Position numbers and translations under genes: made by a program
Assembly (NCBI GenBank): GCA_020348945.1
Contig: CP070759.1
Span: 888,936 to 952,935, forward strand
DNA: 64,000 bases
Reading direction: 5' to 3'
Origin: Candidatus Bathyarchaeota archaeon
GTDB taxonomy: Archaea > Thermoproteota > Bathyarchaeia > Bathyarchaeales > Bathyarchaeaceae
Notes under the pieces: generated by a model
Told to the model about the DNA's origin: nothing
Database searches by the model: none
The model's input: the letters and a program-made list of their open reading frames with translations, nothing else
In this document: positions 38,751-47,031 of the stretch, piece after piece
How positions within the stretch are numbered: the stretch's first letter is position 1
How the letters are laid out: each line of letters starts with the position of its first letter

Positions 38751-38823
38751 TGGACCGGGCGGGAGTTGAACCCGCGACCTCCGCCGTGCGAGGGCGGCAT
38801 TCATGCCACTGAACTACCGGCCC
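38751..38823 (-). tRNA. tRNA-Ala(CGC)
   Basis: GGGCCGG UA GUUC AGUGGCAU GAAU G CCGCC CUCGCAC GGCGG AGGUC GCGGG UUCAACU CCCGC CCGGUCC A. G3:U70 identity pair present. No encoded CCA. 5 nt upstream of tRNA-Glu on the same strand. Confidence 0.9.
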
Positions 38824-38920
38824 ATTTACGTTTCAAATCATAAGTCTAATTAAACGTTTTTGGATGTTCTAGGTAGGATCTGGTTCTGTTGTTAAAATGC
38901 GGTTCTTTTTGGATTCTAAT

Positions 38921-39036
38921 GATGGTGGGATGTTGGAAGCAATGTTTTTTTCTGATAGTAGTGGTGTGATTGGTGAGGTTGAGAGGGAGTGTAGTTTTGG
39001 GTCCCGTTAGAAAAAATGTTTTGGGGCCCAATTCTC
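38921..39036 (+). repeat. interspersed repeat family, copy A (upstream of the tRNA-Ala/Glu unit)
   Basis: Shares with 57539-57650 a 20-nt identical block (38930-38949 = 57548-57567) and a 41-nt identical core GAGTGTAGTTTTGGGTCCCGTTAGAAAAAATGTTTTGGGGC (38987-39027 = 57596-57636). Confidence 0.85.
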
Positions 39037-39736
39037 TGTGGTTGATGCAGTGTAGTTGGGTCACGTGTACTTCTATCAGTGTTTTCTGGTTGTTGATGTT
39101 TGAAGTTGGATTCTGGAGAGTTTTGAAAATTAAGATGGATTCTATTGAATATTGGACGAGCAGGTTGGAGGGACAGGATTAGGTTTGTGTTGGAAACATT
39201 TTTATAGTGTTTGGTTTATATTAGTTGGTTCTGGTGGTTGGGGAGAAAGATGGTTTCTACCTGTTAGAACCTTATTTTCAGCTCCTTTCACTTTCAAAAA
39301 ATCTCCTCAATCGCCATATCTTGAATATGCAAGGCAACACGATGAACTGGTTTAAAGATTGGGAAAATAGAGACACTGGAAGGCTAACCAGCTATATACC
39401 GAAATGCTTATAACAAGAGGGTTACACTACGTATTTGGTGGTTTAGGAGAGAAGCTAGTTATCATGTGTTGAAATCTTAATCCCTTTCTCCTTTCGCTCT
39501 TTCCTATGCTCTCCTTGACCACCCCCAACATCCACAAACACATTTCCCGACACACAATCACTATTCGTCGGTGTGTAACAAATTCGTTTTTTATTTGTGT
39601 GGGGGGACCTAAAGTTTTAACCCAAACCCAAAAATGCGCGAACACAAGTTTATAAGCAACTCTACAGTAAGCATCCCTTAGAATTAGTATCTTGGGCGAA
39701 AACTAGTTCTTTTAGTGAATAGGAGGTGCAACATGA

Positions 39737-39889
39737 ATGTCTTATGGTAGACCAAGAGAAATGCACGATGCAGTCTGCGCTGAATGTGGACAAAAATGTC
39801 AAGTCCCTTTCAAACCAGACCAAAGCAGACCCATATATTGCCGAGAATGCTACGCAAAAAGAAGACCACCAAGAAGAAATAGATATTAA
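39737..39889 (+). CDS. CxxC-x17-CxxC small protein (50 aa, below ORF-track cutoff)
   Basis: Own translation MSYGRPREMHDAVCAECGQKCQVPFKPDQSRPIYCRECYAKRRPPRRNRY*. AGGAGGTG lies 8 nt upstream. Matches the conserved archaeal/bacterial CxxC_CxxC small-protein pattern. The antisense ORF 39662-39895 in the track is therefore likely spurious. Confidence 0.75.
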   Translation: MSYGRPREMHDAVCAECGQKCQVPFKPDQSRPIYCRECYAKRRPPRRNRY

Positions 39890-39989
39890 GCTCACAAGCT
39901 AACATCTATTCTTAGTACACAATCTTTTTCATATGCACATTTTTTTTGTGTGCCTTAAATTATTAATACAACTTAAAATGGAATGATAC

Positions 39990-40280
39990 ATGAAAGAAGA
40001 GAGTGGTTTAATGGCTATATTCGGATTGGTCGAGTTCATCCTTATTGTTGCTGTTTTGATATTTCTCGGAATCATGTACTGGATGGGAAAAAGAAATTTG
40101 GCAGTTGGGTTTATTTTTCTCATCATTGGGAGTGCCTATTTTCTTTATGTTGGAATAATCTTTTTGTTGAATCTATACGTGAATATTGGCAACGGCGTGA
40201 TATCTCTCTCAGACTTTTCAAACATTCTAACGTTCATACCGTTTCTGGCGGTGAGCTTACTTATGAGAGCTTACTTATGA
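39990..40280 (+). CDS. small membrane protein (3 TM)
   Basis: MKEESGLMAIFGLVEFILIVAVLIFLGIMYW... Hydrophobic helices. Preferred over the overlapping frame 39983-40366. Confidence 0.5.
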   Translation: MKEESGLMAIFGLVEFILIVAVLIFLGIMYWMGKRNLAVGFIFLIIGSAYFLYVGIIFLLNLYVNIGNGVISLSDFSNILTFIPFLAVSLLMRAYL

Positions 40281-40410
40281 CAGGTTTAGGAATCTACGGG
40301 TTGATTAACGCCTACCTAAATTTGCAAACAATTTTCGTCGTTTTTCAAAAAGAACAAATGAAATAGGAGTTTTTCTTTGTCAGCTTCCATAGCGTTTCTC
40401 AACACCATTG

Positions 40411-40743
40411 TTATTTCGCCTCGCGCTTGTCTCTCGACATTGGAAAGACATCTAACATGGCTCTTACCTCACAGCTATCGCTAATCTCCACAAAAGACCT
40501 ACGCGTGTGGTCCTCAAGGACGTCTTTGAGCTGAGCGAAGGCCTCTAGGAAGCGGTGTCCCTTCTCGGTTGTTACATATGTGTCTGAATTGTGCGCAAGC
40601 AGATTACGTGATGTAAGAAGCGTCAAGTAATTTTTAAGTTGTAAATGACTCAAGTTGTTCATGTACATAATGCGCGTCTTTCGTTTGGAGTCCATGCAGA
40701 ACATCAAAATCTGAGCCGTAATCTCGATCCGTTGTCTCTTCAT
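40411..40743 (-). CDS. winged-helix DNA-binding protein
   Basis: ILMFCMDSKRKTRIMYMNNLSHLQLKNYLTLLTSRNLLAHNSDTYVTTEKGHRFLEAF, the typical archaeal wHTH (HTH_45-like) layout. Confidence 0.65.
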   Translation of the reverse strand: MKRQRIEITAQILMFCMDSKRKTRIMYMNNLSHLQLKNYLTLLTSRNLLAHNSDTYVTTEKGHRFLEAFAQLKDVLEDHTRRSFVEISDSCEVRAMLDVFPMSRDKREAK

Positions 40744-40988
40744 CCTAAATCCACCTCTCCGCGCGTTTTCAAAAGGTGTTCATCTGGGTTTTCAATTAGT
40801 GTTCTAATTTGTAATTGTGGACTTTTAACCTTATGTGACTGTGGCACAACAGTCACATACGCTTATTAGCTTATACTTCCTTATCCGTATTTTGCACGCA
40901 ACTAAACATCTAGATGCGTGGGTAGAGAATAGATGCATGGCATGCAAGCCTTTACTAGACGATTAGCAATAATGAAGTTGGAGATAAG

Positions 40989-41249
40989 TTGTCCACGACT
41001 TTTTCTTCTATTCTTACGAAATTTGTCTTATTATTTGAGCCAATATCACCTCGTTTTGTCTCCTTCCTAGTGGGAAGAAAGCTAAAAGAATGGAAGAACA
41101 AGGGGTTGATTGATGGTTATAAAACCAAAACGAAAAGGATTGGGAAGTTTCATTATAAAATTTACCTCGATCTAGATTTAACATCGAAACAAGCAAGTAG
41201 AATACTAAGAGACACGTTGATTCAGGCATTAAAACGTATCAGGAGGTGA
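40989..41249 (+). CDS. hypothetical small basic protein
   Basis: 86-aa ORF with a TTG start, followed by a possible 47-aa ORF (41254-41397, MVEEKKGQAKITIEVEINEALMEIV...) behind AGGAGGTGA. No family recognised. Confidence 0.3.
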   Translation: MSTTFSSILTKFVLLFEPISPRFVSFLVGRKLKEWKNKGLIDGYKTKTKRIGKFHYKIYLDLDLTSKQASRILRDTLIQALKRIRR

Positions 41250-41728
41250 TGTGATGGTTGAAGAGAAGAAGGGACAAGCGAAAATCACTATTGAAGTAGA
41301 GATAAACGAGGCCTTAATGGAAATAGTCAAAGAAGCCATGAAGAATATGCCTCAGATGATGAAGATGCCAGGGATGCCCGGGCAAAAGAAAGAGTAAGAG
41401 TGAATAATGCGGGCCCGAACAGAACCAAATGTTTCCAAGTAACCTGTCCTCGATGCATGCATACATGCCTAATGGACCTCTAGGGACCAAAACAACTGAT
41501 TCCCTAATGCGCGCACGGGAAGTCTTAAATGTTCAATCACAGATTTACATTTTGTTTCAACTATTCTAATCCCACCAAGCGCCTACCACTGCCAATGTTT
41601 GAACGATGGCAAACATGTAGGTAACCTCTTAAGTAAATACTACTTCATTTTTCAATTAGAATTTTTGGGTTTAGCATGCATTCCTACTGGATTTGCTTTA
41701 GACATCTTCTCACCTTCTACTTTGCTAT

Positions 41729-42247
41729 TTTCATTTCAAGTTGCATTAATAATTTAAGGAAAAGAATTACAGGGATATGTAAGGCGATGTTAAGTTGAAA
41801 GAATACGTATGTGTGCAAGTTGGTCATCATAAGAATGTCGGTAAAACAATTGAGGAACACCAAAGGAATGGCTGGCGTCTACACACCTATCAAGCCCAAG
41901 GATCTCCAACCCTTGTCAATCATTACTTACTGTTTGAGAGAGGCGAATGAGTAAGACCGACGCTTCTCAATTTCCCCTCTTTTTTCTATACACGCATTCG
42001 GTTGCATTAATACATATTTATCTTTATTTACTTACGACTTTCTCCCACCCCTATAGAGAAGAAAAAAGAGTAGTAAGCTCTTATGATGAGAATAACACTA
42101 TTTTTGATGGTTATCTATCGGTTTAACCTTACAAATCCTCTCTCTCCATAAAAGGCGAAAAAATCAAAACCTAAACTATTGAAGCCAAGTCATAGCGAAA
42201 CCAAAAGAAGGTTTCTCCTTAAATCTTTAATGCAACTTCAAATGAAA
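41729..42247. repeat. IR-bounded 519-bp element (31-bp imperfect terminal inverted repeats, 28/31 match)
   Basis: TTTCATTTCAAGTTGCATTAATAATTTAAGG (41729-41759) versus the reverse complement of 42217-42247, TTTCATTTGAAGTTGCATTAAAGATTTAAGG. An extra GTTGCATTAATA copy lies near 42003. Confidence 0.75.
41795..41950 (+). CDS. DUF4177-like small protein (51 aa, TTG start)
   Basis: Own translation (L/M)KEYVCVQVGHHKNVGKTIEEHQRNGWRLHTYQAQGSPTLVNHYLLFERGE*. The xEYK-V ... GWRL ... LLFER pattern resembles DUF4177. Confidence 0.4.
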   Translation: MKEYVCVQVGHHKNVGKTIEEHQRNGWRLHTYQAQGSPTLVNHYLLFERGE

Positions 42248-42335
42248 TAATTAACAGATGAAAAGAGAGAGTTGATGATTGAGTATGCCTTGTTTTCTGA
42301 CTTTTGTTTTTGGAACTGTTTGTCTCTAGTTTATG

Positions 42336-42716
42336 CTATTCGATTCCCCATCTTTTGGTGACCTTGACTAGTATGAAGATTACGAAGGTTACGATGGCGA
42401 AGGTTATTAGATGAACTAGGAAGTCTCCTATCCCGAATATTTGCTGAAAGATCTCTATCTGATAGGTTGCTAGATCACCAAGACCTGGTAATGCCAAGCC
42501 AATAACTGGCATCACTAAATCCTTAACTAATGCTTGAACTAGGTTGCCAAGATAAAGAGCCATGATGAAAGCAACAGCGAGACCCATGACCTTATACTTT
42601 GAAAGGAAGTCCAAGAATTCATTCCAGAGTCCTTTTGGTGGCGATGGAGGAGGTTTCGTTTCAAGCAACTCTCTGATTCGCTTTAGCTCTTCCAACATTT
42701 CATCTTCCTTAGACAT
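42336..42716 (-). CDS. mscL: large-conductance mechanosensitive channel MscL-like
   Basis: WNEFLDFLSKYKVMGLAVAFIMALYLGNLVQALVKDLVMPVIG aligns with the E. coli MscL N-terminal helix/TM1 ([41 protein letters not shown]). A second TM and a basic tail follow. Confidence 0.7.
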   Translation of the reverse strand: MSKEDEMLEELKRIRELLETKPPPSPPKGLWNEFLDFLSKYKVMGLAVAFIMALYLGNLVQALVKDLVMPVIGLALPGLGDLATYQIEIFQQIFGIGDFLVHLITFAIVTFVIFILVKVTKRWGIE

Positions 42717-42933
42717 GAACCATCACAATCCCACAGTCATTGAATTTCTGTATAAGTTTTGTGGAATATCAAGCAAGATGAAGTAAACACTACTCCGGTA
42801 CTGCTTAACATTAGACCTGATTGAGCTCTATCATCTCGGTGCTGGCTTCTTTCCCACTAAATGGTACCGACTGACACCGCGGGGGCGTGCCATTATAGAA
42901 TGCTGCAGAGCCGAGGGCCTGAAACTGAGTAGA

Positions 42934-43075
42934 TTTGGGACCCAATAGAAAAAATACTTGACCCAATTCCCGCTACTGACGTAACATAGCTGGATCATAT
43001 AGTGAAAAGGTATGTTGAAAACAGCATTTTTCAGAAAAACAGCTTGCGCTAAAGTGGGGAGAAGGGGAGCTATCT
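42934..43075 (+). repeat. interspersed repeat family, copy L (abuts the stop codon of the pentapeptide-TIR gene)
   Basis: 42934-42973 (TTTGGGACCCAATAGAAAAAATACTTGACCCAATTCCCGC) resembles the 41-nt core of copies A/B. 42991-43075 is a direct repeat of 44652-44737. Confidence 0.8.
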
Positions 43076-44410
43076 CTATGTGCGTTTTAGCCCTCTCAAC
43101 AGCTTGCGGAAAGAGTTGTTATACATTGATTCATCGGTGAAGTCCGCATAGTTTCGTTCCAGAAGGGAGGGTTTCAGATCTCGTTTCCCTCGTTTAACCG
43201 AGAAGCCATTCTCTTTCCATAGGTTGTCCAGAGATATCGGCACCATCTTGTCCGGGTCTTCGTCTATCTGCTCTTCAATCTCCTTTAGAACTCCGTCTCG
43301 CACAAGAGCCTCAGCAGAGCATAGTATAATCATCTTCTCTGCCTCCCGTCTCTTCTCAATGATTTCTCCCCAGACCTTTTTGCCTGGAGTGGCGTCCATA
43401 GAGTAGAGCCAGCAAGATACTCCTCTCTCTTTCAGATCTTTCACCAGCCTCTCTGCAAAGCCTAGGTCTGGCTGTCCATAGCAGACGAAGCAGGTGCAGT
43501 ATTGAACCTCTGCTAGGATTCTTGGCAACGTCTCAAGAAGCTCTTTAGGTATGCCTGAGTTAAGGAAAAAGGTCTTCAGCTCGGACGTGAAGCAGTTTCC
43601 TGACCTCCTAAATGAAATTATTAGCGTGTTGACATCTATGTTGGATGGTCCCTCGTGTTTCACAGTTTCAAGCCCCACACCATGCGCCAGATTACAACCT
43701 CCTAATGTTGTAATACTCATTATTGCGCCCGTAAGGTTGACATTAGAAGCGTCAGATTCTAAGAGTTTGGCGCCTCTAAGGTCGGTATTGGAGAGGTTAG
43801 TCTCTAAGAGCTTGATAGAATCTAAGGTGGCACGTATGAGGCTGGTTCCAGAAAGGTCGGCTTTAGAGAGGTTAGCATCACTAAGGTCAATTCCAAAGAG
43901 ATCGGCCCCAGAACAAATCACCCCAGAAAAGTTGGCACCATAAGCGCTGGCGAAAGAAAGGTCGGCTTTAGAGAGGTTAGCCCCAGAAAGATTAGCTCTA
44001 AAGAGAGTGGACTTTTCGAGGCTGGCCCCGGAAAGATTAGCTTTAGAGAGGTTAGCTTTATGTAGATTGACTTGGACGAGTTCGGCTTCAGAAAGATTGG
44101 CCCCAGAAAAGTCGGCACCATAAGCTTTGGCCATAGAAAAGTTGACTTTAGAGAGATTGGCCCTAGAAAGATTGGCTTCCATGATGTAGGCCCCGACGAG
44201 GTTGGCCCCAGAAAGATTAGCTTTAGAGAGGTTAGCCCCAATAAGATTGGCTCCAAAGAGGTTAGCTGCGGTGAGGTTGGCCCCACTGAGGTCAGCGTCA
44301 GGGAGTTGGGCTTGAAAAAGATCGAGAGTTTGTTCTGGGTGCTTTTGCCTCCACTCTTCAATACAAGCGGCTCCTTTCCGCACTATTGCCACATGCTCTG
44401 GGTTCGCCAT
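43076..44410 (-). CDS. pentapeptide-repeat protein with C-terminal TIR domain
   Basis: About 45 A(D/N)LxX pentapeptide repeats (ANLSGANLSKADLS...). The C-terminal YCTCFVCYGQPDLGFAERLVKDLKERGVSCWLYSMDATPGKKVWGEIIEKRREAEKMIILCSAEALVRDGVLKEIEEQI fits the TIR pattern (F-(I/V)-S-Y ... D ... A ... L ... G ... W ... PG ... I ... S ... S ... E). Confidence 0.85.
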   Translation of the reverse strand: MANPEHVAIVRKGAACIEEWRQKHPEQTLDLFQAQLPDADLSGANLTAANLFGANLIGANLSKANLSGANLVGAYIMEANLSRANLSKVNFSMAKAYGADFSGANLSEAELVQVNLHKANLSKANLSGASLEKSTLFRANLSGANLSKADLSFASAYGANFSGVICSGADLFGIDLSDANLSKADLSGTSLIRATLDSIKLLETNLSNTDLRGAKLLESDASNVNLTGAIMSITTLGGCNLAHGVGLETVKHEGPSNIDVNTLIISFRRSGNCFTSELKTFFLNSGIPKELLETLPRILAEVQYCTCFVCYGQPDLGFAERLVKDLKERGVSCWLYSMDATPGKKVWGEIIEKRREAEKMIILCSAEALVRDGVLKEIEEQIDEDPDKMVPISLDNLWKENGFSVKRGKRDLKPSLLERNYADFTDESMYNNSFRKLLRGLKRT

Positions 44411-44623
44411 ATGAATCACCCATTTTAGAACGTAGCACATTATTAACTCTGTGTGCTATTTATGATTTTATTCATTTTCTCGTGATGCTTGAATGCCTAT
44501 ATGCTTCTTTCTTTCAGAAAAAAGGGAATTGCGGAGGACATCTCCATTTCATAGATCTTCAAGAAGAATCCGTGAAGTTCTAGGTGAATTCTATAAATAG
44601 CAGTTATTTTCTTCGTCTCGAGA

Positions 44624-44737
44624 TTTTGACCCCAGAGTCCTTTGTCATATTTGGATCATATAGCGCAGAGGTATGTTGAAAACAGGTTTTTCTCTGAAAA
44701 ACTGCTTGCGCCAAAAGAGGGGAGAGGGGGCTATATG
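44624..44737 (+). repeat. interspersed repeat family, copy R (upstream of the pentapeptide-TIR gene, downstream of the FAH gene)
   Basis: 44652-44737 aligns with 42991-43075 (hand alignment roughly 80-85% identity with one 2-nt indel). Shared blocks: TGGATCATATAG, GGTATGTTGAAAACAG, GCTTGCGC, GGGGAGA. Confidence 0.8.
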
Positions 44738-44874
44738 CTGTATAGAAAGCGAAGGAGATGACTTGGTGTTAACCTAATTCACGTTCCGCATAGAATGAGT
44801 TGCGTGCCTAGTGGTCATACCAGTATATTTGTCTAAAACACGAGGTTTGCTTCGTTTCCAGTTCAAGTGTCCAC

Positions 44875-45828
44875 TTAATTTTGACTTTCCTTTGCAACCG
44901 CGTTTCTCAGGGTTCCGATTTTCTCAATTTCCACCTCAACCATGTCGCCTGGAGAAAGATATCTGGGATGCGGTTTCATAAAGGCAGCTACGCCTGCAGG
45001 AGTCCCAGTGGCGATGACATCACCTGGTTCCAACGTCATCACACGACTGAGCTGATGAACCACTTCGTACACGCTGAACACCATATTCCGTGTGGAAGAA
45101 TTTTGCCTCACTTCTCCATTTACCCTCGTGCGCATCCACAAGTTGTTTGGGTTTGGAATCTGTTTTGCAAGGGTAATGCACGGTCCCATAGGAGCAAAGG
45201 TGTCAAAGCTCTTCCCCCTCGTCCACTGTTTGTCTCCGAACTGAATGTCCCGGGCAGAAACATCGTTAAACGCCGTATATCCGAAAACATGCTTTTCAAC
45301 ATCCGAGACAGGTATATTTTTGCCTCTCCGCCCCATAACCACAGCTAACTCCGCTTCATAATCCAACTTTTTCACAAAACTCGGATAGACTATGGACTCG
45401 TTAGGACCAACAATAGCCGTTCTGGGTTTCATGAAAATTATAAGGTTTTTAGGTATCTTTGCCCCCGCCTCTTCAGCGTGATCTCGATAGTTCAGACCTA
45501 AACAAATAATCTTAGGAGGAGAAAGAACAGGAGCCAAAAGAGTAACATCACCCACTCTTAACGATGCCTCCCTCCTCACATCTTCTGGCGAAATGCGCAT
45601 CAACTCCTCTGCGGCAGTAGCACCTTCCACTCCAAGCGATATCAATCTCTCCAAGTTCAGTGGAAAAGGATGCCTCAAAACCTTTGAGAGCACTGGTAAA
45701 CCAACAACCTCATCGTTGATTAGGAAACCATAAGATTCGACGCCAGAATGAAGGTAGCGAACCAGCTTCAACTCTCTTGACCTGCCAGCATTATCTCCAA
45801 CAATAGAGACCCTAAGTGAAAAATTCAC
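44875..45828 (-). CDS. fumarylacetoacetate hydrolase (FAH) family protein
   Basis: IICLGLNYRDHAEE, DYEAELAVVMG, GYTAFNDVSARDIQ, TGTPAGV. Alternative TTG start at 45771 gives the typical MKLVRY N-terminus. Confidence 0.9.
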   Translation of the reverse strand: MNFSLRVSIVGDNAGRSRELKLVRYLHSGVESYGFLINDEVVGLPVLSKVLRHPFPLNLERLISLGVEGATAAEELMRISPEDVRREASLRVGDVTLLAPVLSPPKIICLGLNYRDHAEEAGAKIPKNLIIFMKPRTAIVGPNESIVYPSFVKKLDYEAELAVVMGRRGKNIPVSDVEKHVFGYTAFNDVSARDIQFGDKQWTRGKSFDTFAPMGPCITLAKQIPNPNNLWMRTRVNGEVRQNSSTRNMVFSVYEVVHQLSRVMTLEPGDVIATGTPAGVAAFMKPHPRYLSPGDMVEVEIEKIGTLRNAVAKESQN

Positions 45829-45831
45829 CCA

Positions 45832-46335
45832 CTACTCAAGCAACACAAGCCCATAGTAATTGGGAGTCTCATCCTTACTCCTAAGAGTATTTATCGGAAG
45901 CCCCAGCTTTTTAACAGTGGCAAAAACATCTATACCCAAAGCCTGCATTGACGGCCTCGCCTTTGTCGGAAAAATGCAAGGAGCAGGAAACGTACAAGTT
46001 TCACAAAGATAACACTCAGCCAACGCAAAAGCTAAGGGATAACCATCATAGAAAGCTTCCAACTCTATCATATACGCAATCTCCTGCAAACGCTCAGCGT
46101 CATGAGCCTGCACAATTATGCCGCGACTATACCTCCGCAAAATCTTTTCAGCATCCCACGGCATAAGCGCCTTTGGAGCAGATGGACACGACCAACGTTT
46201 CCCCCAATCCTCACAACCGTACATGCACTTCAAAAGCGTTCTCGGATCAAACACTAAATCCTGAACTGACACAATTTTCGCGTTCTCAGCTCCCATTTCA
46301 AGAGCCAAGTGAACATATTTTTTCGATTCTCCCAT
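45832..46335 (-). CDS. DUF2284-type metal-binding protein
   Basis: Cys pattern CMYGCEDWGKRWSCP ... CYLCETC ... C, typical of the predicted metal-binding DUF2284 family (recollection). Confidence 0.7.
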   Translation of the reverse strand: MGESKKYVHLALEMGAENAKIVSVQDLVFDPRTLLKCMYGCEDWGKRWSCPSAPKALMPWDAEKILRRYSRGIIVQAHDAERLQEIAYMIELEAFYDGYPLAFALAECYLCETCTFPAPCIFPTKARPSMQALGIDVFATVKKLGLPINTLRSKDETPNYYGLVLLE

Positions 46336-46488
46336 TGCTTCACCACATTTTGAAGGATACTGAAGGTAATATCACTCCACATTATAAGGATTAACACAGA
46401 AACAAAGCTTTCAGAAAAATAAGTGCAAATTTCAAGTCTTTTCAACAGCATGAAAATTAAAGGTAATAAAAGCCGAGCGCGTGCAGTT

Positions 46489-46839
46489 TCACTTACGCGT
46501 ATACGGTATAAGACAGAGAAACTTCACAGTTTTTTCGCCACTGTTTTTGAACTGATGTTCCTCATTTGAAGGAATGAAAATAACATCGCCAACTCTAAAC
46601 TTTCTCTCTTCTTCCCCACCAATAACAAAACCTTCACCTTCCAGAACAAAGACCTCATGTTCCCAAGGATGACTGTGAAAAGGACTGTAACCTCCAGACT
46701 CCATCTCGAACAATCTCATTGCAAAGTTTTTAGCCCCCATCTCCTCAGTGATAAGCCATCTCACCTTTAATTTTGAAGCCCCATTCTCCACATCTTTTGC
46801 TACAACATCTTGATAATAGAAGATTTCCATCTCATTCAC
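46489..46839 (-). CDS. cupin-domain protein
   Basis: GGYSPFHSHPWEHEVFVLEGEG and VIFIPSNEEHQFKN cupin motifs 1 and 2. Confidence 0.8.
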   Translation of the reverse strand: MNEMEIFYYQDVVAKDVENGASKLKVRWLITEEMGAKNFAMRLFEMESGGYSPFHSHPWEHEVFVLEGEGFVIGGEEERKFRVGDVIFIPSNEEHQFKNSGEKTVKFLCLIPYTRK

Positions 46840-47031
46840 CTCTAAAGTACATTATACTGACACATGACCTTTTATTTCTTAGTTCACCAAACCATAATAC
46901 CTTTAATCCTACTGCTCAGCGACAAAGTGATTCCAAGCAGAAGCAGAGAAACATCGCAACAAATTTTTTACCAACCTCAAACTTCATTTAGATAATGCAC
47001 CTACATTTTAGGTAGGAAGCTCGGAGCCTTG

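Noticed and set aside
38582-38843. ORFs 38582-38800 (-) and 38613-38843 (+)
   Set aside because: Both lie across the tRNA-Glu and tRNA-Ala genes. The GC-rich tRNA sequence simply lacks stops.
38846-39064. Possible conserved small protein (..PKTFFLTGPKTTL.LNL...KHCFQH.TI..) encoded on the minus strand of repeat copies A and B
   Set aside because: The similarity tracks nucleotide identity of a non-coding-looking repeat. The start codons and N-termini differ completely, and the third related copy (42934-42973) has no ORF. Caveat: the 9-nt indel between copies is in-frame, so coding is not fully excluded.
39662-39895. 77-aa minus-strand ORF
   Set aside because: It is exactly antisense to the 50-aa CxxC-x17-CxxC gene, which has a strong AGGAGGTG RBS and a recognisable conserved sequence.
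43551-44428. Three long alternative-frame/antisense ORFs (43551-43943 +, 43918-44361 -, 44072-44428 +) inside the pentapeptide-TIR gene
   Set aside because: They are low-complexity translations (PTS/LGP/KIG repeats) of the periodic pentapeptide-coding DNA. The frame giving A(D/N)LxX repeats plus a TIR domain is the only biologically coherent one.
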